In this document: in pieces, positions 1 to 7,681 of the stretch
Numbering within the stretch: position 1 is the first letter of the stretch
Layout: every line of letters starts with the position of its first letter
Source of the DNA: a virus
Lineage: Duplodnaviria > Heunggongvirae > Uroviricota > Caudoviricetes
DNA: 11,373 nt
Virus record (IMG/VR): IMGVR_UViG_2654587772_000004
Coordinates: 1 to 11,373 of that record
Direction: 5' to 3' (one strand)
Made by a program: the position numbers and the translations under genes
Notes under the pieces: generated by a model
Database searches by the model: none
Seen by the model: the letters and a program-made list of their open reading frames with translations, nothing else
Told to the model about the DNA's origin: nothing

Positions 1-1158
1 ATGCCGTCTCCACGATTCCGCATCCGCAAAATGACTCTCTCCCGCGCCCTGGACAAATACCTGAAAACCGTCTCCGTACACAAAAAAGGGCACCTTCAGG
101 AGTTTTATCGCGCGAATGTCATCCGACGCTACCCCATCGCACAGCGTTTCATGGACGAAATCACCACCGTGGACATCGCCGCATATCGCGATATGCGACT
201 CGCTGAAATTAATCCCCGGACCGGAAAAGCCATCACCGGCAATACCGTCCGTCTCGAGCTTGCACTGCTCTCGTCGATGTACAACATCGCCCGGGTCGAG
301 TGGGGGACATGCCGGGATAACCCCGTTGAACTGGTGCGTAAGCCCCGTGTCTCTCCGGGACGGGAACGACGTCTGACGTCTTCGGAAGAACGCAGGCTTT
401 CCCGCTATTTTCGTGAACGCAACATGTCCCTGTATGTCGCCTTTCATCTCGCGCTGGAAACCGCCATGCGACAGGGCGAGATTCTGTCACTCCGCTGGGA
501 ACACATTGACCTGCGACATGGTGTGGCTCACCTGCCGGAAACAAAGAACGGGCATTCGCGCGATGTGCCTCTCTCCCGCCGGGCGCGCAACTTCCTCCAG
601 ATGTTGCCTGTGGCGCTGCATGGCGGGGTCTTTTCCTACACCTCTTCCGGCTTCAAAAGCGCCTGGCGCATCGCCACACAGACCCTGCGCATTGAAGACC
701 TGCATTTTCACGACCTGCGCCATGAAGCTATCAGCCGTTTCTTTGAGCTCGGCAGCCTCAACGTGATGGAAATCGCTGCAATATCCGGCCACCGCTCAAT
801 GAATATGCTCAAACGCTACACACATCTCCGTGCCTGGCAGCTGGTCAGCAAGCTGGATGCCCGTCGACGCCAGACGCAGAAGGTGGCCGCCTGGTTTGTT
901 CCTTACCCCGGACACATCACCACTGACGACGGGCAGACAGTGAGAATTGATATCTGCGACTTCGACGACCTGTCCGTGACGGCGGCAACCCGGGAGGAAG
1001 CCCTGTCCCGCGCCAGTGAGGTACTGCTGCGGACACTGGCCATCGCCGCCCAGAAAGGTGAGCGCGTTCCGGCCCCCGGTGCACTCCCCGTCAATGACCC
1101 GGCGTTCGTCATGGTCTGCCCTCTGAATCCGCAGGGTGCCCTGACCGCACAGGTATAA
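1..1158 (+). CDS. Tyrosine-type site-specific recombinase/integrase (385 aa) with a ~110-aa C-terminal extension beyond the catalytic Tyr; size and layout resemble Rci-type (shufflon-specific) recombinases
   Basis: Long ORF starting at window position 1. Box I motif ...[23 protein letters not shown]..., box II ...[42 protein letters not shown]... (His-x-x-Arg and catalytic Tyr). About 110 residues follow the Tyr, which is atypical for lambda/P2/Xer integrases. Rci-like assignment is from memory only. Confidence 0.8.
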   Translation: MPSPRFRIRKMTLSRALDKYLKTVSVHKKGHLQEFYRANVIRRYPIAQRFMDEITTVDIAAYRDMRLAEINPRTGKAITGNTVRLELALLSSMYNIARVEWGTCRDNPVELVRKPRVSPGRERRLTSSEERRLSRYFRERNMSLYVAFHLALETAMRQGEILSLRWEHIDLRHGVAHLPETKNGHSRDVPLSRRARNFLQMLPVALHGGVFSYTSSGFKSAWRIATQTLRIEDLHFHDLRHEAISRFFELGSLNVMEIAAISGHRSMNMLKRYTHLRAWQLVSKLDARRRQTQKVAAWFVPYPGHITTDDGQTVRIDICDFDDLSVTAATREEALSRASEVLLRTLAIAAQKGERVPAPGALPVNDPAFVMVCPLNPQGALTAQV

Positions 1159-1176
1159 TGCATAACGCATACAAAG

Positions 1177-1197
1177 AGCGAGTCGCAACGACTCGCT
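1177..1197 (+). terminator. Perfect 9-bp stem / 3-nt loop hairpin (AGCGAGTCG-caa-CGACTCGCT) 19 nt after the recombinase stop; possible terminator or protein-binding dyad
   Basis: Inverted repeat read directly from sequence; no U-tract follows on the + strand, so intrinsic-terminator function is uncertain. Confidence 0.3.
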
Positions 1198-1301
1198 TAA
1201 CACATTCGATCTGCATGATCGAAATTACTCGTTTCACCACAAAAAAATGAATCGGTAAAATAACCTCATGAACTGAAAGATGTTTTTCAGGCGGAGACGT
1301 A

Positions 1302-1670
1302 ATGAAACTGAACACAACCGGCATAGCAGGTCAGCTGATGCTCTCGCTCGACAGAGACGTGATTGCCGAAAAGCTCATCCACGACCGCAGAATCAACCCC
1401 ACGCCGTTGCAGGTCCGCTACCCGCAGGGCGTCCGGGATGTGCTCGTCATGATGAGCGAACAACTGGCGATTTCTGTGGCCGATTTAACCCGTATCCTGC
1501 TTGAGGACACGCTGCACAACATGTTCCTGCCCGCCGGCAATGCCGCCGGTACCGTGGCAGAACGCCTTGAGCTGCTCATGCAGGCACACAACCTCACCGC
1601 GACAGAACTGTCGTCTCTGCTGTCGCCCTGGAATATCCGCGCCTCTGTTCTTCGGGAGCCGGAAAACTGA
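1302..1670 (+). CDS. Hypothetical protein (122 aa as written); the frame would continue to about 1873 (~190 aa) if one A were added to the A4 run at 1663-1666
   Basis: GGAG ribosome-binding site 6 nt upstream of ATG 1302. Stop TGA at 1668-1670 sits just after an AAAA run, and the +1 frame stays open to TAA at 1871-1873. No family recognised from memory. Confidence 0.5.
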   Translation: MKLNTTGIAGQLMLSLDRDVIAEKLIHDRRINPTPLQVRYPQGVRDVLVMMSEQLAISVADLTRILLEDTLHNMFLPAGNAAGTVAERLELLMQAHNLTATELSSLLSPWNIRASVLREPEN

Positions 1671-1867
1671 CAGACTGGCTGTCCCCTGACGCTCTGGGCT
1701 GGCTGGCAGACTGCTTCTGCGTCAGTCCGGACTGGCTGAGCGGGCGGGAAAGTTATCCTGTCGCCCGCGCGGGTGAATGGCCGGACAATGCAAATGCATT
1801 CCGGAAACTCATCAGTGACGAAAAAAATACGGATATTATTTTCTGGCACGGTTTTCCCGTTTGCCGG

Positions 1868-1969
1868 AAATAATGCCAGAGAATATTGCGGTGTGATATT
1901 GCGGCAATGCACACACGTAAATAATGCCAGAATATTCCCGGTACTTTCTTTATTACCGGTGGCAATGAC
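1868..1969. repeat. Imperfect tandem direct repeat (~45-50 bp units, 2 copies) in the intergenic region upstream of the outer-membrane protein gene
   Basis: Unit A 1868-1912 (aaataatgccagagaatattgcgg...gcggcaatgcac) and unit B 1919-1969 (aaataatgccagaatattcccgg...ggtggcaatgacag) share the AAATAATGCCAGA(G)AATATT head and a GGCAATG tail. ATATTnCCGG-like submotifs also occur at 1882, 1896, 1931, 1951 and 2081. Confidence 0.5.
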
Positions 1970-2218
1970 AGAAGAAATTAATTTGTGGTTCTCAGGTGCC
2001 CTGAAAAGCAGGAAGCTGCCTGTGATGCCCCGGGCTGTATCCCTGCGCCCTGCTGCCGCTGAGGCACTCATTGCAGGAAGAATATTACCGGCACTCTGCC
2101 TGAACAGCGATTTATTGCCCTGGTAAAAAAAAACCGGGCAAACCAGCAGTAAAAAAATAATGGCACTTCGTGTCACGGGACTGTGTTGTCTTAAATCCGG
2201 AAAACAGGAAATTAAAAA

Positions 2219-3424
2219 ATGCAGAAAAAATATATTTCGCGCACGCTGATTGCTTCCGCCGTTTTATTTTCTTTTAATGCGATGGCAGCAACTTCATATT
2301 TTGAAGCACGCAATGATTGCAATGGGTGGCACCGGGGTGGCATCCTCCCATTATGGTGTGGCTCCTCTGGCAAACCCGGCTTTACTGACAAAGCACAACA
2401 GCAATGATGATTTCAGCCTGTTACTGCCGTCCGTGGGCGCACAACTGTCAGACCCGAACGACATCGCTAACAAAGCCGATGACATTCAGGACGACTGGGA
2501 TTGCCTTCGACCGCGCGGTCGACAGCAATTACGGTGTTGACCAGGCAGCGGCAAACCTGGAGACAGCGCCTGCTGGAGTTCCGCAATATCCACGCTGATG
2601 CGCAGGTGGGTGTTTCTGCCGTTGCGGCACTGCCGAATGACACGCTGCCGGTTGCCCTGATGGTGAAATCCTACGGTACGGTCAGCGTTGACGGCAAAGT
2701 CAGCGACGCCGATCTGGACTATCTGGAGAAAGTCGCCAACGGCACAATCACGGATGTGGACAAAAACGCGCTCACCTCCCGCGCGTATGGTCGTGCCGCA
2801 GTGGTCACTGATGTGGGTATTTCCTTTGCAAAAGAACTGGAAACCGTCGGTCAGAAATGGTCACTGGGCTTCACCCCCAAATACCAGCGCGTGGACCTGT
2901 TCAACTACAACGTCTCCGTGCGCGATTACGACAGCAGCAACTTTGACGGCGACAAATACCACAACACGAAAAACGGCGTGAACGCCGACATCGGGGCATA
3001 CACCGACCTCGATGACAACTGGACGCTGGGTCTGGTTGCGCAGAACCTCATTTTCCGCGCAGCATCGACACGAAAGTGGTCGACGGCGTGAAGGAACCTA
3101 CAGAATCCGTCCGCAGGCCACTGCCGGTGTGTCCTGGCACAACGACCTGTTCAACCACTGCACTTGATGTTGACCTGACGCCGGCCAGCGGATTCACCTC
3201 CGACAGCAAACGTCAGTTCGCCAGCATCGGCGCAGAATTCAACGCCTGGAAATGGACACAACTGCGTGCCGGTTATCGTCAGAACATGGCGAACAACAGT
3301 GGCAGCGCATTCACGGCAAGGTGTCGGAATTTCACCGTTTGATGTGGTTCACCTGGACATCGCCGGTCTGGTCGGTACTGACCATGACTACGGTGCGATG
3401 GCCCAGCTGCAGTTCACCTTCTGA
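2219..3424 (+). pseudogene. Outer-membrane beta-barrel protein gene (possibly FadL/OmpP1/TodX-like transporter family) disrupted by at least four frameshifts
   Basis: Good ribosome-binding site (AGGAA, 8 nt before ATG 2219). Signal peptide MQKKYISRTLIASAVLFSFNAMA. N-terminal ...VAPLANPALLT (NPA-type hatch motif) and C-terminal ...GAMAQLQFTF ending in Phe, typical of beta-barrel proteins. The reading frame hops between all three + frames (ORFs 2219-2407, 2250-2540, 2404-2598, 2501-3091, 3076-3342, then the frame ending 3424). Family assignment is tentative. Confidence 0.5.
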
Positions 3425-3474
3425 TGAACATGCCCCCCGCTCCCGGGGGTATTCTGCAACTGAACTGACAGTTA

Positions 3475-3926
3475 TGCGTATCCTCAAAAATCGCTTTCAT
3501 CTTGTGCTGGCAGGCGTCTCACTCGCGATCGTGTGTTTCCTGTACTTTTCGGCCCGCCATGTACCGGAAATATCCCCGGATGCCGTGGCCGAACGCAGTC
3601 ACTCCGCCCGTATTCTGATCCTGATTCGACACGGGAGAACGTTGTGACCGCTCCGACAATCCATGCTCAGCCGGCCCTTCCGGCATTACCATTCCCGGTG
3701 CATATCGTGGCGTGGAAATACGGAACACAGTTCAGAAAGCACATACCGTTGTATGCCCTGTACGCCACGGGATACCGTCAGAACAATACAGACAGCCCGT
3801 TACTTTGGCAGACAGGAAGCTCAGGTCATTAAAGCACTGGGATATTGTGATGAACGCCTGCTCCCGCTTCTGAGGTCATTATCAGAAAGCACGCAGGAAG
3901 GCGTTTCCGTTATTTTTCACGCATAA
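3475..3926 (+). pseudogene. ais/pmrG-like periplasmic histidine phosphatase (LPS core heptose(II)-phosphate phosphatase family) gene with about three frameshifts and a 3' truncation
   Basis: N-terminal membrane/signal segment MRILKNRFHLVLAGVSLAIVCFLYF. RHG motif (ILILIRHG) followed, after a 1-nt shift at ~3636, by ERCDRSDNPC...GITIPG, then ...DTVRTIQTARYFG... and ...VSVIFHA in other frames. These match my recollection of E. coli Ais (…FRHAERCDRSTNQC…GITVKG…NTVRTIQSATWF…NIVIFTHNH…). The ORF stops where the homolog would continue for roughly 40 more residues. Confidence 0.55.
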
Positions 3927-4837
3927 TCACAGCCATCGTGTCGGCCAGCACCTGCGCGGTGCGGGTGTAGTTTTCAAAGAGGAACAGCGGGTCATCAGAG
4001 CAGGTACGGTTACCCCAGAAGCGGAAACCGTCGCGGCGAATCAGCGTAGTGACGCCTGACTCATTAAGCAGGTCAGCATCGGTGCCGGACTCCTGCAAAT
4101 CCCAGAATACAGAGGCGCTGATGCCGGTAACACCGTTCACCCCGACGTTGGACAGCGTTTTATGCCAGCCCTGCTCCTGGTCGATTTTAGCGCGCAGACC
4201 CAGCGCACGGGCGGTGGCATACGCGGTGGCGGTGGTACTGGTGACCGTATCCCATGCGAGGAAATCCGGCCAGATGACCATCAGCTCACGCTGGCTGAAA
4301 TTCTGGCGGTAGGCTTTCACCTCGGAAATGGTCTTACAGCCCCATGCGCTGATATATCCGAAAGCGCGCAGCTTCTGACAGACTGATGCCAGTGCAACAG
4401 CCACCTCTTTGGTGTCCAGTCCCGGCACGCCGAGAATACGCGGTTTAACACCGGTAACAGACTCCGCCGCCAGCAGGGCTTTCAGTCCGGTGTACTGACC
4501 GTTTTCGTCGGTGGTGCCGATGATATTGGAAACAGTCTGCGCGAGTTTCGTTTCCTCGTCGTCGCCGGTGCCGTCTTCCACACGCACGACAAACGGTGAC
4601 CGGTTTTGACTGGTCGGCGATGGCCTGCAACGATGCCGCCAGCGTGCCTTTTTTACCGGCCTTTGCAATTGCGCTCTGCACATTGGTAATCAGCACAGGT
4701 TTATTGAGGGGGAAGGTTTCCGCATCCGCATCGCTGGCCGTGCAGACCATGCCGACAATGGCAGTGGATACGGTGGAAATGACGCGGGTGCCGTCGTTAA
4801 TCTCCAGCACCTGCACGCCGTGATGATAGTCACTCAT
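3910..4837 (-). pseudogene. Phage tail sheath protein (P2 gpFI-like), frameshifted at ~4590 and 3'-truncated
   Basis: N-terminal ORF (4445-4837) [57 protein letters not shown]...QSKPVTV is sheath-like. The frame then shifts at an AAA/TTT run (~4590-4592) into ORF 3910-4683 (...[18 protein letters not shown]...[18 protein letters not shown]...). Total about 309 codons versus roughly 390-400 for P2-type sheaths. GGAG ribosome-binding site upstream of the ATG at 4835-4837. Confidence 0.85.
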
Positions 4838-4896
4838 CCGTTTAACTCCGTGGTTAATGGGTGAGTGATATTTTCAGTTGTGCCGGAGATGTCAGG

Positions 4897-5490
4897 CTAT
4901 TTGTCCCGGTTGGCTAAGGGATGACACAATTTATTCTTTATCGCTGATGAGGGAAATTTTTTATAGAGCGTGGACAGGCCAATATCAAAAATCAGTGCCA
5001 CGCGTTGACGTGACTCCCCTGCAGCCAGCAAACGCCCGACCTGCTCCCACTCACTCGTGGTGAGTTTAGGACGTCTGCCACCAATACGACCTTTGGCTCT
5101 GGCCGCTTCCAGCCCGGCCCGAGTCCGTTCGACAATGAGTTCTCGTTCCATTTCAGCCAGGGCACCCATCACATGAAAGAAAAAACGCCCCATCGGCGTG
5201 CTGGTATCAATAGCATCTGTCAGGCTGCGAAAATTAATGCCGCGTTCGCGCAGTTCCTCAACCAGAATGACCAGATGCCGCATACTACGCCCCAGCCTGT
5301 CCAGCTTCCAGACTACCAGAGTGTCACCTGCTGATAATGTTCTGAGCAGTTTTTTCAGCCCCGGTCGGTCGGACTTCGTGCCGCTGATTTTATCCTCAAA
5401 AATCAGCTCACATCCTGCGCACTCGAGCGCGTTACGCTGCAATTCCGTGTTCTGGTCATTTGTTGATACACGAACATAACCTATACGCAT
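4897..5490 (-). CDS. pin: Serine DNA invertase of the Pin/Gin/Cin/Hin family (197 aa)
   Basis: MRIGYVRVSTNDQNT... (catalytic Ser in GYVRVSTNDQ), resolvase core ...LVVWKLDRLGRS..., ...MGRFFFHVMGALAEMERELIVERT..., C-terminal helix-turn-helix ...ALIFDIGLSTLYKKF... Lies next to an invertible tail-fibre segment. AGGGA ribosome-binding site 6 nt upstream of the ATG. Confidence 0.92.
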   Translation of the reverse strand: MRIGYVRVSTNDQNTELQRNALECAGCELIFEDKISGTKSDRPGLKKLLRTLSAGDTLVVWKLDRLGRSMRHLVILVEELRERGINFRSLTDAIDTSTPMGRFFFHVMGALAEMERELIVERTRAGLEAARAKGRIGGRRPKLTTSEWEQVGRLLAAGESRQRVALIFDIGLSTLYKKFPSSAIKNKLCHPLANRDK

Positions 5491-5651
5491 AAAAATCCCT
5501 ATAAAAACAGAATAATGACACAGAATTATCTATATATGTACAAGCGGACAAGGCTATGGAGCTCTCAGTTACAGTAATCTTGCTGGATAAGAATATTTAC
5601 TGATAGTGGATACATAGCCCACTTAGCATTCCCATGTGAAACAAATAAGTA

Positions 5652-5660
5652 TGGTAAGAT
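5652..5660 (+). promoter_or_regulatory. Candidate extended -10 element (TGgTAAGAT) for the 5689-6006 ORF
   Basis: Sequence tatGGTAAGAT about 30 nt upstream of the ATG in an AT-rich stretch; no strong -35 identified. By-eye prediction only. Confidence 0.25.
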
Positions 5661-5688
5661 AGGTTGACCTCAATAAAAGGAAAATCTG

Positions 5689-6006
5689 ATGAACATCGAT
5701 ACCAATAAAAAAACTACCACACTGAAATATTTTGTCGAAGCCTATCCAGAGAGAATCACTGTTCAAGCGTGGGAACGCCTAGTCAATGAAATTGGTGATT
5801 TAAAAGAAGTTTATGGATATATCGCCTTTCTGCATGACGATGGGTATCTTACAGGAAAGGTAATCTTCGATGGTTCTCCTGAAAGTATTGATGGATGGAG
5901 TGTAGATACTGCCTCTCTAAGGATTACATCACAAGGTTATCATTATTGGAAAAAATTAAACCCTACAACACAAGGGAGTAGCGGAATCCTCAGAAGGAAC
6001 AGATAA
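5689..6006 (+). CDS. Hypothetical 105-aa protein of unknown function encoded in an AT-rich insertion (moron) between pin and the invertible segment
   Basis: Intact ORF with AAGGA ribosome-binding site 7 nt upstream of the ATG. Region 5491-6132 is visibly AT-rich (roughly one-third G+C by eye) against >50% G+C flanks. Followed by a 14-bp-stem hairpin. No signal peptide or transmembrane segment. No family recognised from memory. Confidence 0.65.
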   Translation: MNIDTNKKTTTLKYFVEAYPERITVQAWERLVNEIGDLKEVYGYIAFLHDDGYLTGKVIFDGSPESIDGWSVDTASLRITSQGYHYWKKLNPTTQGSSGILRRNR

Positions 6007-6012
6007 CTAATA

Positions 6013-6044
6013 AAGATGGTAGCACCATTTGGTGTTACCATCTT
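6013..6044 (+). terminator. Stem-loop (14-bp stem with one G-U pair, 4-nt loop) 7 nt downstream of the 105-aa ORF stop; putative terminator
   Basis: AAGATGGTAGCACC-attt-GGTGTTACCATCTT read directly from sequence. The downstream tract is A-rich rather than U-rich on the + strand and T-rich on the opposite strand, so it may act bidirectionally or weakly. Confidence 0.4.
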
Positions 6045-6132
6045 AAAATATACCGTTACAATCAGCACTTTCCATTTTTATCTAACAATCAATACTAGGA
6101 CACTCCCTTCTTTCAACATCATATTTAACCGA

Positions 6133-6158
6133 TTCCATAAAACGTTGGTTTGGGAGAA
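6133..6158. promoter_or_regulatory. Left crossover site (hix/gix/pix-like 26-bp site) of the invertible tail-fibre segment
   Basis: TTCCATAAAACG-TT-GGTTTGGGAGAA. Its inner half-site GGTTTGGGAGAA matches the inner half of the right site at 11/12 positions in inverted orientation, and the overall 12-2-12 architecture resembles hixL (TTATCAAAAACC-TT-GGTTTTCAAGAA). Confidence 0.75.
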
Positions 6159-6644
6159 GGTTCTGCGTTGCCTGTTGGCATACCAGTTCCTTGGCCTTCA
6201 GCTACGCCGCCAACAGGCTGGCTGAAATGCAACGGGGCTGCTTTTTCGGCTGAAGAATACCCGGAACTGGCAAAGGCTTACCCGACAAATAAATTGCCTG
6301 ATTTACGTGGTGAGTTTATTCGTGGCTGGGATGACGGGCGGGGGATTGATACAGGTCGCTCTATTTTAAGTATTCAGGGGTATGCAACGGAGGATCATGC
6401 TCATGGATTACCGTCAAGATCCACGATTGTGACTGATGCAACGATTAATTTCTATTTTGATGAAAGCTGGGTAAATAGTGGCACTGACATTATCAAAAGA
6501 GGAAACACAAACGATGCTGGATTACCAGCACCGGATTATGGAACCTTTAAAACATATAAACAATCAGTGGCTGGTTTAGGTGCCGCAGCCTCAGAAACGC
6601 GTCCGCGTAATATTGCATTTAACTATATCGTGAGGGCAGCCTGA
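6147..6644 (+). CDS. Alternative tail-fibre C-terminal variable segment (Sv'-type), promoterless and start-less in the present orientation
   Basis: Open frame begins immediately after the crossover core with no ATG (the ORF track uses TTG at 6150). C-terminus ...AGLGAAASETRPRNIAFNYIVRAA resembles the ends of Mu S / P1 S-type fibres (from memory). After inversion it would fuse in frame to the constant part of H (...AGLLAYLG-LGEGSALPVGIPVPWPSATPPTGW...). Confidence 0.75.
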   Translation, partial: GLGEGSALPVGIPVPWPSATPPTGWLKCNGAAFSAEEYPELAKAYPTNKLPDLRGEFIRGWDDGRGIDTGRSILSIQGYATEDHAHGLPSRSTIVTDATINFYFDESWVNSGTDIIKRGNTNDAGLPAPDYGTFKTYKQSVAGLGAAASETRPRNIAFNYIVRAA

Positions 6645-7246
6645 TGCATAAAGCAATATTAAATAGTGAGCTCATTGCAACAAAGGCAGGGGATGTTACC
6701 GTTTATAACTATGATGGTGAAACACGGGAATATATTTCCACTTCAAATGAATATCTTGCCGTTGGTGTCGGCATTCCGGCATGTTCCTGTTTAGATGCCC
6801 CTGGCACACATAAGGCTGGTTATGCAATCTGCCGTTCTGCAGATTTTAACTCATGGGAATATGTGCCAGACCATCGCGGTGAAACGGTCTATAGCACCGA
6901 AACAGGAGAATCAAAAGAAATCACCGCTCCGGGTGATTACCCTGAAAATACAACCACTATCGCCCCATTAACGCCATATGATAAATGGGATGGTGAGAAA
7001 TGGGTGACGGATACCGAGGCACAGCATAGCGCCGCAGTAGATGCAGCAGAAGCACAGCGCCAGTCGCTGATTGATACTGCAATGGCTTCCATCAGTCTGA
7101 TTCAACTGAAATTGCAGGCCGGACGTAAACTGACGCAGGCAGAAACAACCCGGCTTAACGCTGTGCTGGATTACATTGACGCGGTGACGGCAACAGATAC
7201 CAGCACCGCGCCGGATGTCATCTGGCCTGAACTGCCGGAGGCGTAG
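6644..7246 (+). CDS. Tail-fibre assembly chaperone (Tfa / Mu U-like), partner of the alternative fibre segment
   Basis: 200-aa ORF whose ATG overlaps the upstream stop (TGATG). C-terminus ...LNAVLDYIDAVTATDTSTAPDVIWPELPEA shares the conserved Tfa C-terminal motif with the convergent gene at 7218-7670. Confidence 0.8.
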   Translation: MHKAILNSELIATKAGDVTVYNYDGETREYISTSNEYLAVGVGIPACSCLDAPGTHKAGYAICRSADFNSWEYVPDHRGETVYSTETGESKEITAPGDYPENTTTIAPLTPYDKWDGEKWVTDTEAQHSAAVDAAEAQRQSLIDTAMASISLIQLKLQAGRKLTQAETTRLNAVLDYIDAVTATDTSTAPDVIWPELPEA

Positions 7247-7670
7247 GCCATTCAATATCTGGTGCACTGGAGGTATCAACCAGCTCCAGTGCATCCAGAT
7301 AATCCAGCCACAAATTATATTGCGCCAGTTCCTCACCTTTCAGACGACCAATAGCGGCTTTACCGGGCCATTGCTTACTGTTCATGTATTCGTTGGCCTG
7401 GTTAATTAGTAGCTGTCTTTCTGATTCAGTAATTTCAATAAGCTCTTCATGCGTGGGTGGAGGAATATCTGCCCACGCAGGCAGCCCATCATCTCCGGCA
7501 ATACGGATTTTTCCTTGTGGCGGTTCAGCCATAAACTCACTGATAATATTTTGATTTACTTCCTTAGCGTCTGATAAATCCCATCCCTCTGATTTATATT
7601 TATCAATCATATCCACAGGGAAAAAAGCATTATGCCTTGCGCTATAAACATATTCGTTCATATAAATCAC
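7218..7670 (-). CDS. Tail-fibre assembly chaperone (Tfa / P2 gpG-like), partner of the currently expressed fibre
   Basis: 150-aa ORF directly downstream of the fibre gene on the minus strand. C-terminus ...LWLDYLDALELVDTSSAPDIEWPTPPAVQAR. The 3' ends of the two convergent Tfa genes overlap by 29 bp (7218-7246). Confidence 0.8.
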   Translation of the reverse strand: MIYMNEYVYSARHNAFFPVDMIDKYKSEGWDLSDAKEVNQNIISEFMAEPPQGKIRIAGDDGLPAWADIPPPTHEELIEITESERQLLINQANEYMNSKQWPGKAAIGRLKGEELAQYNLWLDYLDALELVDTSSAPDIEWPTPPAVQAR

Positions 7671-7681
7671 CCTGAATAAAA

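Noticed and set aside
116-1203. Several 70-135-aa ORFs in alternative frames and on the minus strand overlapping the recombinase gene (116-376, 233-544, 413-766, 487-792, 796-1203, 903-1163)
   Set aside because: All lie fully inside a well-supported 385-aa recombinase ORF with intact catalytic motifs; Arg/Pro/Ser-rich translations typical of off-frame GC-rich sequence.
1868-1969. Possible CRISPR array suggested by the direct repeats
   Set aside because: Only two imperfect copies of unequal length, no regular repeat-spacer periodicity, no cas genes in the window.
1773-2126. 117-aa ORF on the + strand
   Set aside because: Lies in the repeat- and A-tract-containing intergenic region upstream of the outer-membrane protein gene; no ribosome-binding site; more likely regulatory DNA than coding.
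1418-2176. 252-aa ORF on the minus strand
   Set aside because: Runs antisense to the ribosome-binding-site-supported + strand ORF (1302-1670) and through the repeat-rich intergenic region; no ribosome-binding site or recognisable motifs. Typical spurious open frame in GC-rich DNA.
1700-2200. Rci-type sfx recombination sites (GTGCCAA-containing 19-bp repeats) near the recombinase
   Set aside because: No convincing match to the sfx core as I remember it was seen in the window; the ATATTnCCGG repeats are different. Left as speculation inside a finding.
4838-4980. P2-type late promoter (Ogr-dependent TGT-N12-ACA dyad) upstream of the sheath gene
   Set aside because: Only loose matches (a TGT...ACA pair with about 19-nt spacing) were found by eye; not convincing without a position-weight-matrix scan.
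6016-6225. 69-aa ORF on the + strand
   Set aside because: Starts inside the terminator hairpin, runs through AT-rich spacer and across the crossover site in a frame different from the fibre segment; no ribosome-binding site.
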